Origin: Candidatus Giovannonibacteria bacterium
GTDB taxonomy: Bacteria; Patescibacteriota; Minisyncoccia; JACPKW01; UBA11713
Direction of reading: 5' to 3'
DNA: 64,000 bases
NCBI GenBank assembly: GCA_016186825.1
Contig: JACPKW010000005.1
Location: 66,025 to 130,024 of the forward strand
Position 1 is the first letter of the stretch. The number at the start of each line of letters is the position of its first letter. Both the position numbers and the translations under genes were made by a program. Below the pieces are notes generated by a model. The model was not told where the DNA came from. It made no database searches and saw nothing but the letters and a program-made list of their open reading frames with translations. Positions 39,818 to 52,562 of the stretch are shown here, in pieces.

Positions 39818-40969
39818 TCATTTCACATATCTCCGAATCCCGGGATTAATGCGGACCAAAATTTCATAGGGAATCGTGTTTGCGATACGTGCCGCATTTT
39901 CAATCGAATTTAATCTGGCAAGATCAGAAGAATAAACTTCAATATCATCCTCGATCTTGATTTCACCAGCATCGGTTAAATCAACCGCGGTCAGATTCAT
40001 GCTGATTCTTCCCAAAATTCTAAGCGGCTGATTTCCATAATAAACAAAGCCTTGATTCGAAAGCTCGCGCGGCAAGCCCTCGTAGTAACCGCAGGGCAGA
40101 ATCCCTACGCGCATTTTTTTATCCGCTTCAAATGTAAAATTGTATCCGATCTTCTCTCCCTTTTGGGCAGTTTTAATATTTACAAGTTTCGCCCAAAATG
40201 AAAGCACGGGCTTTAAATTTAAAGCGGGATTGGATGCGAGATTAAAACCATATATGCCAATTCCGGCTCTGATCAGATTGCTCTCGGCTGAAGCGAGATA
40301 TTTTGTAGCAGCGCTTGCGGAAAAATGCAGATCGAATTCAGCACTGTTTCCTTTAAAGTCACGAAATATTTTTAGAGCATCAGTCCAGCTCTGCAATTGC
40401 AAGAGCGTGCCTTCAGGCGTTGCGCCATCCGCATCAGCCAAGTGCGTCAAAAGCCCCGTTAAATTTATTTTTTTACAACGAGCTAAAATTTCCAAAGCAT
40501 ATTTCAATTCCGAAACCTTTATCCCTTGGCGATTCATGCCGGTATCCAATTTTATCTGCGCATTCAATAAAAATCCCGCCTTTGAAAAATACTTTGCATC
40601 TTCTAAGGAGTTTATTACGGGAGTCGCGGAAAAGCGTTTTAGACGATAAAAAACTTTTCTAGGAATGTAGCCTAAAATTATCACAGGTTTTTTTATTCCG
40701 AGATCATGCAATTTTTCCGCTTCGATAATCGAATCAACGGCAAAATATTTTATATCATTATTTTCCGCGAGTGCTAAACCGATTTCTTTCAATCCATGCC
40801 CATAAGCGTTTGATTTTAACACTGCGGCGATTTTGTGATTGGGATAAGCATTTCTGAATGAGGAAATGTTTGAAAGTAGAGCTGTGCTGTCTAGTTCAAC
40901 TCTTAAAAGATGATTTGCCGGATCATCGAATTTATCTAAAAATTTTCGATATAAATTCAAAATTCGCAC
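39818..40969 (-). CDS. alr: Alanine racemase
   Basis: AVLKSNAYGHG, KLDTGMNRQG, GRISM, TIPYE. Confidence 0.94.
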   Translation of the reverse strand: MRILNLYRKFLDKFDDPANHLLRVELDSTALLSNISSFRNAYPNHKIAAVLKSNAYGHGLKEIGLALAENNDIKYFAVDSIIEAEKLHDLGIKKPVIILGYIPRKVFYRLKRFSATPVINSLEDAKYFSKAGFLLNAQIKLDTGMNRQGIKVSELKYALEILARCKKINLTGLLTHLADADGATPEGTLLQLQSWTDALKIFRDFKGNSAEFDLHFSASAATKYLASAESNLIRAGIGIYGFNLASNPALNLKPVLSFWAKLVNIKTAQKGEKIGYNFTFEADKKMRVGILPCGYYEGLPRELSNQGFVYYGNQPLRILGRISMNLTAVDLTDAGEIKIEDDIEVYSSDLARLNSIENAARIANTIPYEILVRINPGIRRYVK

Positions 40970-41049
40970 GAGATCATTATATCCTGCTTGAGATTAGCTA
41001 CAAAATTGGGCTTTTTATCGCCAGAGCGCCAAAATAACTCAAATATATT

Positions 41050-41727
41050 TTACCAAGTATCTCCCGCAGATTTATCTGTCTTTCCAGAGTTATTGCCGTT
41101 AATTTTGAAACTTTCTTTAAGCTCGCTTAAAAAAGATCTATTCAAGCGAGAATTTATTATAAATATAATCAGCATAGCCAGAAGTGCGCCTAAGGCGGCG
41201 GCAAACATGTCTTTTTGGCTATCCCAAATATCCCCTTGCGCGCCCAAAAAAGTAATCCCAGCCGCCTGGCTTACATTGCGGACCGTGATCCATTCGATAA
41301 TTTCATAAATGGCGGAAAGTGAAAGAGTTAGGTCAAAAGGAATGTAATAGCCCCAGATGCCTTTAGCTCTGGTGATCCGCACAAAAACTTCGCGAATGGG
41401 ATATGCAAGCAAAAAACCGAAAGCGAAATGGACGAGGCGGTCATACATATTTCGTGTCTCGCCCATTAAATTCTCAAGGAAATAACCAAATGGCACTTTT
41501 TCATAGGTGAAATGCGCGCCAGTAATATGGAGCATCAAAAAAATAGTGATCAGAGTATAAGAGAAATCGGACAGCCTAAAATACCTTCCCGTAATCAAGA
41601 CGATCGGAACAAAAATAAATACGAGATAATTTTCTAAAAGCCATTCTTCGCGCGAATAAGGGTTTAACGCGCCCCAAACCCAAGCAAAGATAAAAACAAA
41701 AATTAAAAATAAATGATAACGGGACAT
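41050..41727 (-). CDS. DUF2238 membrane protein (YjdF-like)
   Basis: WLLEN, YEKVP, RN.YDRLVHF, YEIIEW, FLGAQGDIWD.QKDM. Confidence 0.88.
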   Translation of the reverse strand: MSRYHLFLIFVFIFAWVWGALNPYSREEWLLENYLVFIFVPIVLITGRYFRLSDFSYTLITIFLMLHITGAHFTYEKVPFGYFLENLMGETRNMYDRLVHFAFGFLLAYPIREVFVRITRAKGIWGYYIPFDLTLSLSAIYEIIEWITVRNVSQAAGITFLGAQGDIWDSQKDMFAAALGALLAMLIIFIINSRLNRSFLSELKESFKINGNNSGKTDKSAGDTW

Positions 41728-41748
41728 TCCAAATTAGTTTCGAGACAC

Positions 41749-42264
41749 TTATAGGTTTTTAATTTTTTCCAACCGCGCTTCGCTGAAATTGGACAAAGCC
41801 AGAAAGAAAGATAAAAACAAAACAACAAAATCAAGATTAACGCCTTCCTCAAAAACTTCCTCCGCATCAACAATCGGGAACGAAGCTCCGCTTGCCAAAA
41901 TAATATTTAAGACAAAAACGAAACTGATAACGCTTGCCCAAGCTAAGGCGTAGTGGGCAAAGCGCGAGTGAGAGATGAAATTCCAGATGCTCGCTAGAAC
42001 TAATATCGCTCCGATGAAAAACTCGGCGTACTGGATGCTGTTTGCCGCCAAAACGCTATTAGGCATTACGAAAGAACTTAAAAACGAATTATACCAAGGC
42101 ACGATGGGCGCTTCGGCGATTTGAAGACTGACGTAATCCGCGAACCCGGAAACAAACTCTCCGCTCAAAATTTTATCCAATCCCGAAACGAGCCATAAAT
42201 AGCCCAATACTAAAGTGATCGTATTTAACCAGCGGTCATGAACTGACGAAATGGTTTTATCCAT
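41749..42264 (-). CDS. DoxX/DoxD-like membrane protein
   Basis: LGYLWLVSGLDKI..G.F, WY..FL...V.PN, AEFFIG; probable start at MDKT. Confidence 0.7.
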   Translation of the reverse strand: MDKTISSVHDRWLNTITLVLGYLWLVSGLDKILSGEFVSGFADYVSLQIAEAPIVPWYNSFLSSFVMPNSVLAANSIQYAEFFIGAILVLASIWNFISHSRFAHYALAWASVISFVFVLNIILASGASFPIVDAEEVFEEGVNLDFVVLFLSFFLALSNFSEARLEKIKNL

Positions 42265-42474
42265 ATCTTTAACTTTAACACAAAATCGAAAGAGAGGGAA
42301 TCCATTCAATTTAGAGGAAAAAAAGATGTAAAGACCGACGATTGTGATAATAACTCCCACAATCCAAACTCATAAAGCTGTCTGATCGATTTTGAAGCCA
42401 ATCAATGCGGAGATAAAAAGAAATATAACCGCATAAATTGCGAGCGGCGGAATAAGTAATGTTTTCAAATTCAT
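42265..42474 (-). pseudogene. Truncated membrane-protein gene with in-frame TGA
   Basis: MNLKTLLIPPLAIYAVIFLFISALIGFKIDQTAL*VWIVGVII... Confidence 0.45.
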
Positions 42475-42554
42475 AGTTTTAAATTTTATTTAATTCTTCG
42501 ACATTTACGATCTACACAAAGAGAAAATGCACTTTCGGGCATCTCTCTTATCAC

Positions 42555-42663
42555 TTGGCTGTGTGTATTGGACAAAATTCAAAACTATTTCGGACAAAAT
42601 CCTGCGGATTTTGCCCGAAATACATTCGAACTTCGTCCGTTTCTTCTGATTCCGAATTTTGGC
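42555..42663. mobile_element. Miniature att-bounded hairpin element beside the tRNA-Ser 3' copy
   Basis: TTGGC cores at 42555 and 42659; inverted repeat 42570-42638 with 33 bp arms (27/33 match). Confidence 0.55.
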
Positions 42664-42735
42664 GGAGGGGGCGAGATTCGAATTTCCTCCTTCGGAAATT
42701 ACGGGGAAGTCCCCCGGACTTCCCTTCGAACTCGC
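42660..42735 (-). repeat. Duplicated tRNA-Ser 3' end (with CCA) interrupted by a 48 bp hairpin insertion
   Basis: TGGCGGAGGGGGCGAGATTCGAA[insert ending TTCGAA]CTCGC matches 42788-42813. Confidence 0.8.
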
Positions 42736-42788
42736 CTTTCAACAATGATGCCAAATTTCAATATCAAAAGATATTAAATTTGTCATAG

Positions 42789-42875
42789 CGGAGGGGGCGA
42801 GATTCGAACTCGCGATGCGGTTTCCCGCATACTTGCTTTCCAAGCAAGCGCACTAGACCACTATGCGACCCCTCC
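42789..42875 (-). tRNA. tRNA-Ser(GGA)
   Basis: GGAGGGG/CCCCTCC acceptor, CTTGC-TT-GGA-AA-GCAAG, long variable arm, G73. Confidence 0.95.
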
Positions 42876-43115
42876 AGTATCCAGTAATTTTTTAAAGGCT
42901 TCCCCACCTTTATAGCTTTTTATTTGCTTTTCTCTAAGCCACGCACTTTTTTTATGTGAAAAATACTCTTTATAGATCAGTTTCCAAGGTCTGCCACTCC
43001 TCGTAGATTTATTGGCTCCAGAATTATGATGGTTTACACGATCAAAAATATTAGAAGTAAAACCTACATAATATTTTTTATTCAGTTGACTCTGCAAAAT
43101 ATAAACAGCAAACAT
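42861..43115 (-). CDS. Small GIY-YIG nuclease
   Basis: VYILQS...YYVGFT...R...HNSG..KST....PWKL.Y.E...RE..IK; stop codon lies inside the tRNA 5' end. Confidence 0.9.
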   Translation of the reverse strand: MFAVYILQSQLNKKYYVGFTSNIFDRVNHHNSGANKSTRSGRPWKLIYKEYFSHKKSAWLREKQIKSYKGGEAFKKLLDTGGVA

Positions 43116-43118
43116 ATT

Positions 43119-43174
43119 GACCACCCACCGCTTTCAGCGGGGTCCCGCCAAAGGCGGTGATATGCGACCCCTCC
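43119..43174 (-). repeat. Duplicated tRNA-Ser 5' end interrupted by a 36 bp hairpin
   Basis: GGAGGGGTCGCATA[43125-43160]GTGGTC equals the first 20 nt of tRNA-Ser. Confidence 0.85.
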
Positions 43175-43221
43175 GGATAGCCTAAATAGTAGCAAATTAT
43201 TGCGTCGAGTAAAGTTTTTAT

Positions 43222-45168
43222 TTAAAAACTTTTCAAATCATAGCAATAGCGGTTTGCTTCACCGCCGCAACCTTTGGAGTCTGCTCCGTTGAAACCTAAA
43301 TTACTGTCTGAATCGTTACTTAATTGTGTGGAAATTTTTTCTTCCAGGCTTGCTCCCACATGATAAGATTTACGGTCCGCGCTTACAGCGAATTTGTACG
43401 CTTTATTATCTAAAGTGTCTGTCGTATTAATTCCGGGGATTTGCGTAGTTAACTCTGCAAGCGTTTTTGGATACCTTCCTTGCGCATCTGCAGAAATCTC
43501 CATTGCCTTAGTTAAATTCTGAATATCTGCGACACGCTTTGCGTCGCGGCCTCTCATTCTTGCAGTTTCCACTCCACCGCCGATTGGACTCATACCTTGA
43601 GTAACAAAACTTGCAATCATCTGTTTTAATTCTTCATCGAATGAAATCGCATTCGAGGGTTTTTTAACTTCAGCTGTATCAAAATCCGAAAGCTCAAGAG
43701 TAATTTCTGTCCTCACGCCTATTCCGCCGTAATCCGCGAGCGGAATTGAGGCATTGAATCTTTCAAGGTAATTCGTATTTTTATTAACCCAAGCTTCGAT
43801 GGAAGCTTTTGAAAGTTTGTCTACAAATTGGTTAATGGCTTGTTCATCGCTTTTAGTAAGCGGGCGCTCCTGCTCAATTTTCATGATCTCCCCAAAGAAA
43901 TGTTTGATATCAGCAATATTGGCTATAAGCGTATAGTGGAAATTATCTCCGTCCTTACCAACAGAAGCGACTTCAAAAAGCGTGCTCTCTTTCAAAACAT
44001 TTCTGATTTTCTCCATTTTTTCCCGATCAACTTCTGTATCGTCTTTCGGAAGTAATTTCAAATCAGAAAGAGTTTTTGCCTTGAGCGAATACCAGTTTTT
44101 TAAGAGTTGCGAGGGATCGAGGGTGGAAAAAGGAGTCATCGACAGCATTGGGGACATAAGCTGGATCGGCAGTTCCACCAACCTAAAGTAATACACCTCA
44201 TTTACATCGCGAAACTCTGCTCCAAACCCGATCGACTGATCTTTCTGTTTAACGTTCATATCGAAAAGAATAGACACATTGCCGTTATCTTCATCAACCG
44301 ACTCGAAAGCGCCGCTCGCGCGGATTTCAATTTCAGAATCGGACAAATCCTGGGGCAATACTTGCGGAACGCCGGACGGAGGTGCCGCGGTCTCGGAGAT
44401 TACAGGGGGCAAAGGAATTTTGCCGGGCTCGAAAAAATTCAAAACAGATTGAAACACAGACGCGGGCGCAAGTTTTTCTAAACCGTCTTCAAGTTTTTTT
44501 CTTTCTTCATAATTTTGAGAAACACTCTCGTCAATATTTTGGGTCTTTAGTTTAATTCTTAAACTGTAAGTCAAGCTTTTTAAGTCAGACATCTTGGAAG
44601 GCATCGCAGTGAAAACCCGATTAGGCATTTCCTTGTAGTATGCCCACCCCGCGAAAACACCCGTTCCCCCAAGAATTAATACAACTAGCGTTAGAATAAA
44701 AACTCGATGCGCCTTAAAGCCCCCCATTTTAATTGCGCCAATACCGGAGGCAAACTTTGAATCGCCCTTAAAAAAAGAGTTTTGAGGGATGTTTTGGATT
44801 GCCGGGGCAGTCCCATTCGCGTTAGATAAAAATGTCGATTGAGCCGGCTGTCCTGACTCTAGTTTCGAATATTCTTTCGGAGATTCCTTTGTGACTATGC
44901 TCGATTGATTATTAACTTTAGGTTCATTTGCGGGAAGAGCGGGTGCAAAGGTTTGAAAAGATTTTGGCTCAACTTGCGGAAATTTTTTCACTTCTTCCGG
45001 CTGAAAAACTGAAGCGGGCTTCTGTTGAACTTTGTTGGCCTCTGAAAACGCGTTTGCAACATCTCCAAGTTTCCAGCCTGCGCCCTCCAGCTGATGCTGA
45101 ATTACGTCATCTTTTAAACCGGCCTCGCGGGCATCTTTTATAAATTTCACCGCATTCTGGTCTGCCAT
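43222..45168 (-). CDS. Membrane-anchored hypothetical protein with C-terminal pilin/GspG-like segment
   Basis: Low-complexity N-terminus, single TM, ARMRGRDAKRVADI...YP..L, terminal Cys pair. Confidence 0.7.
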   Translation of the reverse strand: MADQNAVKFIKDAREAGLKDDVIQHQLEGAGWKLGDVANAFSEANKVQQKPASVFQPEEVKKFPQVEPKSFQTFAPALPANEPKVNNQSSIVTKESPKEYSKLESGQPAQSTFLSNANGTAPAIQNIPQNSFFKGDSKFASGIGAIKMGGFKAHRVFILTLVVLILGGTGVFAGWAYYKEMPNRVFTAMPSKMSDLKSLTYSLRIKLKTQNIDESVSQNYEERKKLEDGLEKLAPASVFQSVLNFFEPGKIPLPPVISETAAPPSGVPQVLPQDLSDSEIEIRASGAFESVDEDNGNVSILFDMNVKQKDQSIGFGAEFRDVNEVYYFRLVELPIQLMSPMLSMTPFSTLDPSQLLKNWYSLKAKTLSDLKLLPKDDTEVDREKMEKIRNVLKESTLFEVASVGKDGDNFHYTLIANIADIKHFFGEIMKIEQERPLTKSDEQAINQFVDKLSKASIEAWVNKNTNYLERFNASIPLADYGGIGVRTEITLELSDFDTAEVKKPSNAISFDEELKQMIASFVTQGMSPIGGGVETARMRGRDAKRVADIQNLTKAMEISADAQGRYPKTLAELTTQIPGINTTDTLDNKAYKFAVSADRKSYHVGASLEEKISTQLSNDSDSNLGFNGADSKGCGGEANRYCYDLKSF

Positions 45169-45211
45169 ACATTCATTATATATACATAATCAGAAAAATA
45201 GTGTGTATTAA

Positions 45212-45904
45212 CTAGGATATAAGAGTGCCTTCGAAGTCTTTATTCGAGAGGAGCCTATCAAAGTTATCAAGATTAGTTCCTTTCAAGATTATCGCTTTTA
45301 TCCCGGAGCGATCAGCAAGACGCGCGCCAACCGGATCTACGGGAGAGTGGAATCCGGGAACCCATGCGGAAGGAATCAGATTCCGGTAACTTTTCCACGA
45401 AATTTCGTCAAAAGGTTTTGCGCTTTTATGAATTTTCGGATCCTTGTCAAAAACAAACGCAGGACTGCCGGCGATAACCACTTCGTTTATTTTAAATTGG
45501 CGCGCTAACTCAATCGCGATGTAATCCGTTGACCACCCCGGCCTCCAGCCCGACGCGATTGTAATCGAATACTTTAAATTTTTTATTTTTCCGCTCGAAT
45601 CGCAAACAATGGGGTTCGCATCGCGCCAAAAAATTGTCCGCAATAACTGGGCGTTTAAGCGCGTGGCGTGAATTCCGATCCAATCTATATCTTCGTCTGG
45701 GAGATCAACAATTGCGGAGGCGCTTTTTTGATATTTTCGGCACACTGACCCCCCGCCCGTAACAATCACAAACTTTTTCCCGCGGCGGATCCATTTCAAA
45801 ATAAATTTCCTGAAGTTTTTCAGGAAATTTACATCAATTTCATCCGGATACATTATGGAGCCTCCAAGGGCTATCACAATTGTATTCTTAAATTTATATT
45901 TCAT
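45212..45904 (-). CDS. pyrH: UMP kinase (archaeal-type)
   Basis: IALGGS, GGG..R.Y, GW.PGWSTD, DKDP, P.DPVGA. Confidence 0.9.
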   Translation of the reverse strand: MKYKFKNTIVIALGGSIMYPDEIDVNFLKNFRKFILKWIRRGKKFVIVTGGGSVCRKYQKSASAIVDLPDEDIDWIGIHATRLNAQLLRTIFWRDANPIVCDSSGKIKNLKYSITIASGWRPGWSTDYIAIELARQFKINEVVIAGSPAFVFDKDPKIHKSAKPFDEISWKSYRNLIPSAWVPGFHSPVDPVGARLADRSGIKAIILKGTNLDNFDRLLSNKDFEGTLIS

Positions 45905-45924
45905 TTATATTTATCCGAGGCGTC

Positions 45925-46830
45925 TCATATTCCCATCTCGCGAAGCTTCTTTATTCGATCTTCAATCGGCGGATGGGTCATAAAAAGTTTTGCAAACCAG
46001 CCAACGGTTTTCTTTTTGCCCTGATAGGGATCATCAAGCCAAAGATGGGCAGTCGCATGGCTCGCTTGCGTCATTGGCGTATTATCATTGGCGAGTTTTT
46101 CGAGCGCCGATGCAAGCCCTTCGGGATAGCGCGTCAAAAGCACCCCAGAAGCGTCAGCGAGATATTCGCGCTTTCTTGAAACCGCAAGCTGAATTAGCAT
46201 CCCCGCAATCGGAGCTAAAATCGCAAGCACAACTCCAACAACCAAAAGAATCACCTGCGCCTGTCCGCCTCTGTCGCGATCGCCCGATCCGCGAAACCAA
46301 AGCGACCTGATAAAAATATCCGAAAGAAGCTGAATCACACCGACTAAAACTACTACAACAGTAGAGACAAGCATGTCGCGGTTTCCAATATGGGACATCT
46401 CATGCGCGAGCACTCCTTCAAGTTCCGAACGGTTCATCATCTTCAAAATTCCCGAAGTTACTGCGACCACCGCATGTTCCGGATTTCTTCCGGTCGCAAA
46501 AGCATTGGGCTGAGGAGAACTTACAATGTATATGCGCGGCTTTGGAAGTCCTGCTGTGATCGCAAGATTTTCGACGATGTTATGAACCTCGGGAGCTTCA
46601 GCATCGGGAAGCGGCCGCGCGCCTGTTGCGGCAATTACAATTTTGTCCGAATACCAATAAGAAGCGATGCTCATCACGAAGCTCAAAATAAACGCGAAAA
46701 GAAATATCGCAGGGTTTCCATAAATCTGCGAGAACACCCAGCCGAGCGTCATGACGATCAGAAAAAATATCGTCATTAAAAGCCAAGTCTTGCGTATATT
46801 TGAATCGCGATGAGTCCAAGTTGTAGCCAC
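45925..46830 (-). CDS. htpX: Zinc metalloprotease HtpX
   Basis: PNAFATGR.P, HEMSH, SRKREYLADA, F.THPP. Confidence 0.95.
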   Translation of the reverse strand: MATTWTHRDSNIRKTWLLMTIFFLIVMTLGWVFSQIYGNPAIFLFAFILSFVMSIASYWYSDKIVIAATGARPLPDAEAPEVHNIVENLAITAGLPKPRIYIVSSPQPNAFATGRNPEHAVVAVTSGILKMMNRSELEGVLAHEMSHIGNRDMLVSTVVVVLVGVIQLLSDIFIRSLWFRGSGDRDRGGQAQVILLVVGVVLAILAPIAGMLIQLAVSRKREYLADASGVLLTRYPEGLASALEKLANDNTPMTQASHATAHLWLDDPYQGKKKTVGWFAKLFMTHPPIEDRIKKLREMGI

Positions 46831-46875
46831 GATAAAAAAAGTTTAAATGTTTAAACGTTTAATTTTGTGAAAATC

Positions 46876-47496
46876 CTAAAAAGAAACTTTGACGGGTTCT
46901 CTTTGAGCGGGAGTTTCGTCGAGATCGAAGAATTCTTCTTTCTTAAACCCAAAAGTGCCAGCGACAACATTTGAAGGGAACATCTCAATTCTTGTGTTGA
47001 GTTCCAAAACATTTGTGTTGTAAAAGCGGCGGGAAGCCTGAATTTTATTTTCCGTATCCGAGAGTTCGCGCTGCAGTTCAAGAAAATTCGTGTTCGCTTT
47101 TAATTCTGGATAAGCCTCGGCAACGGCAAAAATGCTTTTTAAAGCGCCCGAGAGCATATTTTCTTTCTCGGCCCGTTCGTGGAGCGATCCGCCCTGAAGC
47201 GCTTCGGCTCGTGCGCGGGTCACATTTTCAAAAGCCTGCGACTCATGCTTTGCATAACCCTTAACCGTTTCGACAAGATTCGGAATCAAGTCGTATCGGC
47301 GCTTTAGCTGGACCTCGATATCAGACCAGGCCTCTTTGGCCCTGTTTCGAAGCCGAACCAAGCCGTTGTACATGGCAACAAGCCACAGCACAAAGACAAT
47401 TATGATCGCAGGGATATTGAATGCCCACTGGATCCAATTAAAAAACCCGCTTAATAAAAGGAGCGCTACCGCAATGACGAAAATTATAGTTTCCAT
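46876..47496 (-). CDS. lemA: LemA family protein
   Basis: QLKRRYDLIPNLVETVKGY, YPELKAN.NF. Confidence 0.95.
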   Translation of the reverse strand: METIIFVIAVALLLLSGFFNWIQWAFNIPAIIIVFVLWLVAMYNGLVRLRNRAKEAWSDIEVQLKRRYDLIPNLVETVKGYAKHESQAFENVTRARAEALQGGSLHERAEKENMLSGALKSIFAVAEAYPELKANTNFLELQRELSDTENKIQASRRFYNTNVLELNTRIEMFPSNVVAGTFGFKKEEFFDLDETPAQREPVKVSF

Positions 47497-47539
47497 ATTG
47501 GTTATATTATATCAATATCGATGGTAGAAATCAAGTAAA

Positions 47540-47575
47540 TAGAAAAATCCACTTCTATAGAAGTGGATTTTTCTA
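47540..47575. terminator. Perfect palindrome downstream of groL (terminator)
   Basis: TAGAAAAATCCACTTCTATAGAAGTGGATTTTTCTA. Confidence 0.7.
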
Positions 47576-47589
47576 TCATTGTTGTTATT

Positions 47590-49576
<1,987 letters not shown>

Positions 49577-49648
49577 AGTAGTTTTAGTTATTGGTTTATA
49601 AAGTTTTTGCTGCTAGTTTTTAGCTCGACTATAAACTAACAGCTGATT

Positions 49649-49675
49649 TTAGCACTTAACAACCGAGAGTGCTAA
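49649..49675. promoter_or_regulatory. CIRCE element (HrcA operator)
   Basis: TTAGCACTT-N9-GAGTGCTAA upstream of groES. Confidence 0.92.
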
Positions 49676-49733
49676 TACCATTTTAGGAATGTTTTTACGG
49701 ATGTCAACCCTGAAGATCACTGCTTCGGCGCGA

Positions 49734-52562
49734 TTACGTTCTTTTGAGCCAAGCGCCCGTAATACTCTTCGAATTTTTTTTGATATCTTCCGGTGTGCCC
49801 ACAGCAACAATTTGGCCCCCCCTATTCCCGCCTTCGGGGCCGAGATCAATGATCCAGTCAGCATTTTTTAAGACATCTAAATTATGTTCAATTACCAAAA
49901 CCGAATTTCCTTTTTCGACAAGCGCCCTCAAGACTAAAATAAGTTTTCGGATATCTTCAAAGTGAAGTCCCGTTGTAGGCTCGTCCAAAATGTAAAGCGT
50001 TCTCCCCGTCGCTTTCTTGGCAAGTTCCGTCGCAAGCTTTACGCGCTGGGCTTCCCCGCCGGAAAGCGTCGTCGCAGACTGTCCCAATTTCATATACCCG
50101 AGCCCGACTTCGTTCAAAGTTCTTAAGCGCTCGCTTATCTGCGGAATATTTTTGAAAAAATTTAGAGCTTCTTCAATAGAGAGATTTAATACTTCTGCTA
50201 TGTTCAAGCCATTGTATTGAATCGCGAGCGCTTCCTTGTTATAGCGCGTCCCTTTGCACTCCTCGCAATCCACATAAATATCCGGCAAGAAATACATTTC
50301 AATTTTTTTCACACCCTGCCCTTCGCAAGCTTCGCACCGGCCCCCCTTCACGTTGAATGAAAAACGCCCCGCTTTATAACCGCGCGCACGAGCCTCGCGC
50401 GTCCGCGAAAATATCTCGCGGACGAATGAAAAAGTTCCCGTGTAAGTCGCCGGATTTGAACGGGGCGTCCTTCCGATCGGAGATTGATCGACAACAACTA
50501 CTTTATCCAAATGTTCAAGGCCATCGATCCGATCATGTGCGCCGGGATTTTCGCGCGAATTATAAAAATATTTTTGAAGGGCGCGCGCGAGAATATCGCC
50601 AATCAAACTCGATTTGCCTGACCCGGATACGCCGGAGATGCAAACCAAATTTTCCAGCGGAATTTTTACATCAATGTTTTTCAAATTGTTCTCGCGAGCG
50701 CCTTTTATTTCGAGCATGGCTTCTTTTTTCATTACTGCGTGCTTTGGTTTCAGCTGCAAGGATTTTTTTCCTGAAAGATATTCGCCGGTCAGTGTTTTCG
50801 CTTTTTTTAATTCGGGAAATTTTCCTTCAAAGATTATTTTTCCGCCATGCCGCCCCGCGCCCGGCCCCAAATCCACAATCCAGTCCGATTCCTGCATCGT
50901 TTCCTTATCGTGCTCCACAACTAAAACTGTATTTCCGTAGTCACGGAGTTTTTTTAACGTTTTTATCAAACGCGAATGATCCCGCGCATGGAGTCCGATC
51001 GAGGGCTCATCTAAAACATAAATCACTCCGGAAAGACCGGAACCGATTTGCGTGGCAAGCCTGACCCGCTGAGCTTCACCGCCGGCCAACGTAGTCGAAG
51101 CGCGGTTTAAAGTAAGATATTCAAGCCCTACGTCCATCAAAAATTGCAGGCGGAGCGCGATCTCTTTTAAAAGCGGGCAGGCAATTTTATTCGCCTCTGT
51201 CAGCTTTGAAAAAATTGCCTGAATTTTTTTTACAAATTCAAGCAAGGCCTCAGAGGTCATAGCGCTCATTTCAGCAATATTTTTTTCTTCAATCAAAACC
51301 GCAAGCGCCTCCGGCTTCAATCTTTTGGCGTGGCATTCTGGGCAAGGCTCGAATGACATGTAGCGTTCGATTTCAGATCGCGTCCAATCGGAATCGGTTT
51401 CCTTCCAGCGGCGCTCAAGATTCGGAATAACGCCTTCATAATTCCCATCTAGATCGCCGTAAAGAATGATATCCGTAATTTTCTTTGGAAGAGCTCTCAC
51501 AGGCTCTGCAAGAGAAAAATTATATTTGTCCGCGAGATCAGAAATCATATACCAGTACCACGATTGCCGCCCGACACGATGTGAAGCGCGAGCCCAAGGC
51601 TGAATTGCGCCTTCTTCGATCGTTAAATTTCTATTTGGAAAAACAAGATTCGGATCTACTTCCAACGTATGCCCAAGCCCGGTACAGCGCGGGCAAGCGC
51701 CATATGGAGAGTTGAATGAAAACAGACGCGGCTCGATCGGGGGAAGCGAACGGAAGCAGTGTGGACATGAGAAATTTTCAGAAAAAAGATGATCATCTGC
51801 TTTTGAATCTTTGCCATTTCCCAAAACCGCAATCATAATCCCGCCTCCCTTTCTAAGCGCGGCCTCAATGGAATCAGCAAGGCGCGCGCGCTCTGTTTCC
51901 TTGTCCAAAATCAACCTGTCCACGATAACGTCAATCGAATGCTTTTTTTTCGGATCTAGACGGAGTTCTAATGCTTCGTCCAAACGCATGGAAGCGCCGT
52001 CAACTCGAACGCGTAAAAATCCTTCTTTCGCCAGATTCTCGAGTTCTCTTTTGTGTTCGCCTTTGCGGTCTCGGACAATCGGTCCCAAGATCAGAACCGA
52101 ACTTCCTTCTCCGAATTTCAAAATTCTCTTGGTGATTTTGTCCACGGATTGCCTCTCAACTTTTCTACCGCACTCTGGGCAATGCGGCTCCCCAACGCGC
52201 GCATAGAGAATTCGGAGATAGTCATAAACTTCCGTTATCGTTCCAACCGTCGAGCGCGGATTTTTCGAAGCGGACTTTTGATCAATCGCGATTGCGGGCG
52301 AAAGTCCGGAAATTTCATCCACATCCGGTTTCTCCGCAACTCCTAAAAACTGGCGCGCATAACTCGAAAGCGATTCCACAAAGCGTCTTTCCGCCTCCGC
52401 ATAAATAGTGTCAAAGGCAAGCGATGATTTCCCTGATCCGGAAAGACCGGTCAAAACAACAAGCTTGTTTTTCGGGATATCTAAATTGATGCTTTTAAGA
52501 TTATGCACCCGAGCGCCGCGGATTTTTATCAGGTCACGAGAATTGGAAATCTTTTTTGCCAT
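49734..52562 (-). CDS. uvrA: Excinuclease ABC subunit A
   Basis: Two ABC domains ([18 protein letters not shown]), Zn fingers. Confidence 0.98.
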   Translation of the reverse strand: MAKKISNSRDLIKIRGARVHNLKSINLDIPKNKLVVLTGLSGSGKSSLAFDTIYAEAERRFVESLSSYARQFLGVAEKPDVDEISGLSPAIAIDQKSASKNPRSTVGTITEVYDYLRILYARVGEPHCPECGRKVERQSVDKITKRILKFGEGSSVLILGPIVRDRKGEHKRELENLAKEGFLRVRVDGASMRLDEALELRLDPKKKHSIDVIVDRLILDKETERARLADSIEAALRKGGGIMIAVLGNGKDSKADDHLFSENFSCPHCFRSLPPIEPRLFSFNSPYGACPRCTGLGHTLEVDPNLVFPNRNLTIEEGAIQPWARASHRVGRQSWYWYMISDLADKYNFSLAEPVRALPKKITDIILYGDLDGNYEGVIPNLERRWKETDSDWTRSEIERYMSFEPCPECHAKRLKPEALAVLIEEKNIAEMSAMTSEALLEFVKKIQAIFSKLTEANKIACPLLKEIALRLQFLMDVGLEYLTLNRASTTLAGGEAQRVRLATQIGSGLSGVIYVLDEPSIGLHARDHSRLIKTLKKLRDYGNTVLVVEHDKETMQESDWIVDLGPGAGRHGGKIIFEGKFPELKKAKTLTGEYLSGKKSLQLKPKHAVMKKEAMLEIKGARENNLKNIDVKIPLENLVCISGVSGSGKSSLIGDILARALQKYFYNSRENPGAHDRIDGLEHLDKVVVVDQSPIGRTPRSNPATYTGTFSFVREIFSRTREARARGYKAGRFSFNVKGGRCEACEGQGVKKIEMYFLPDIYVDCEECKGTRYNKEALAIQYNGLNIAEVLNLSIEEALNFFKNIPQISERLRTLNEVGLGYMKLGQSATTLSGGEAQRVKLATELAKKATGRTLYILDEPTTGLHFEDIRKLILVLRALVEKGNSVLVIEHNLDVLKNADWIIDLGPEGGNRGGQIVAVGTPEDIKKNSKSITGAWLKRT

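Noticed and set aside
42370-42372. In-frame TGA suggesting genetic code 25 (UGA=Gly)
   Set aside because: rpoD, alr, uvrC and ssb end normally at TGA; this is more likely a nonsense mutation in a remnant gene.
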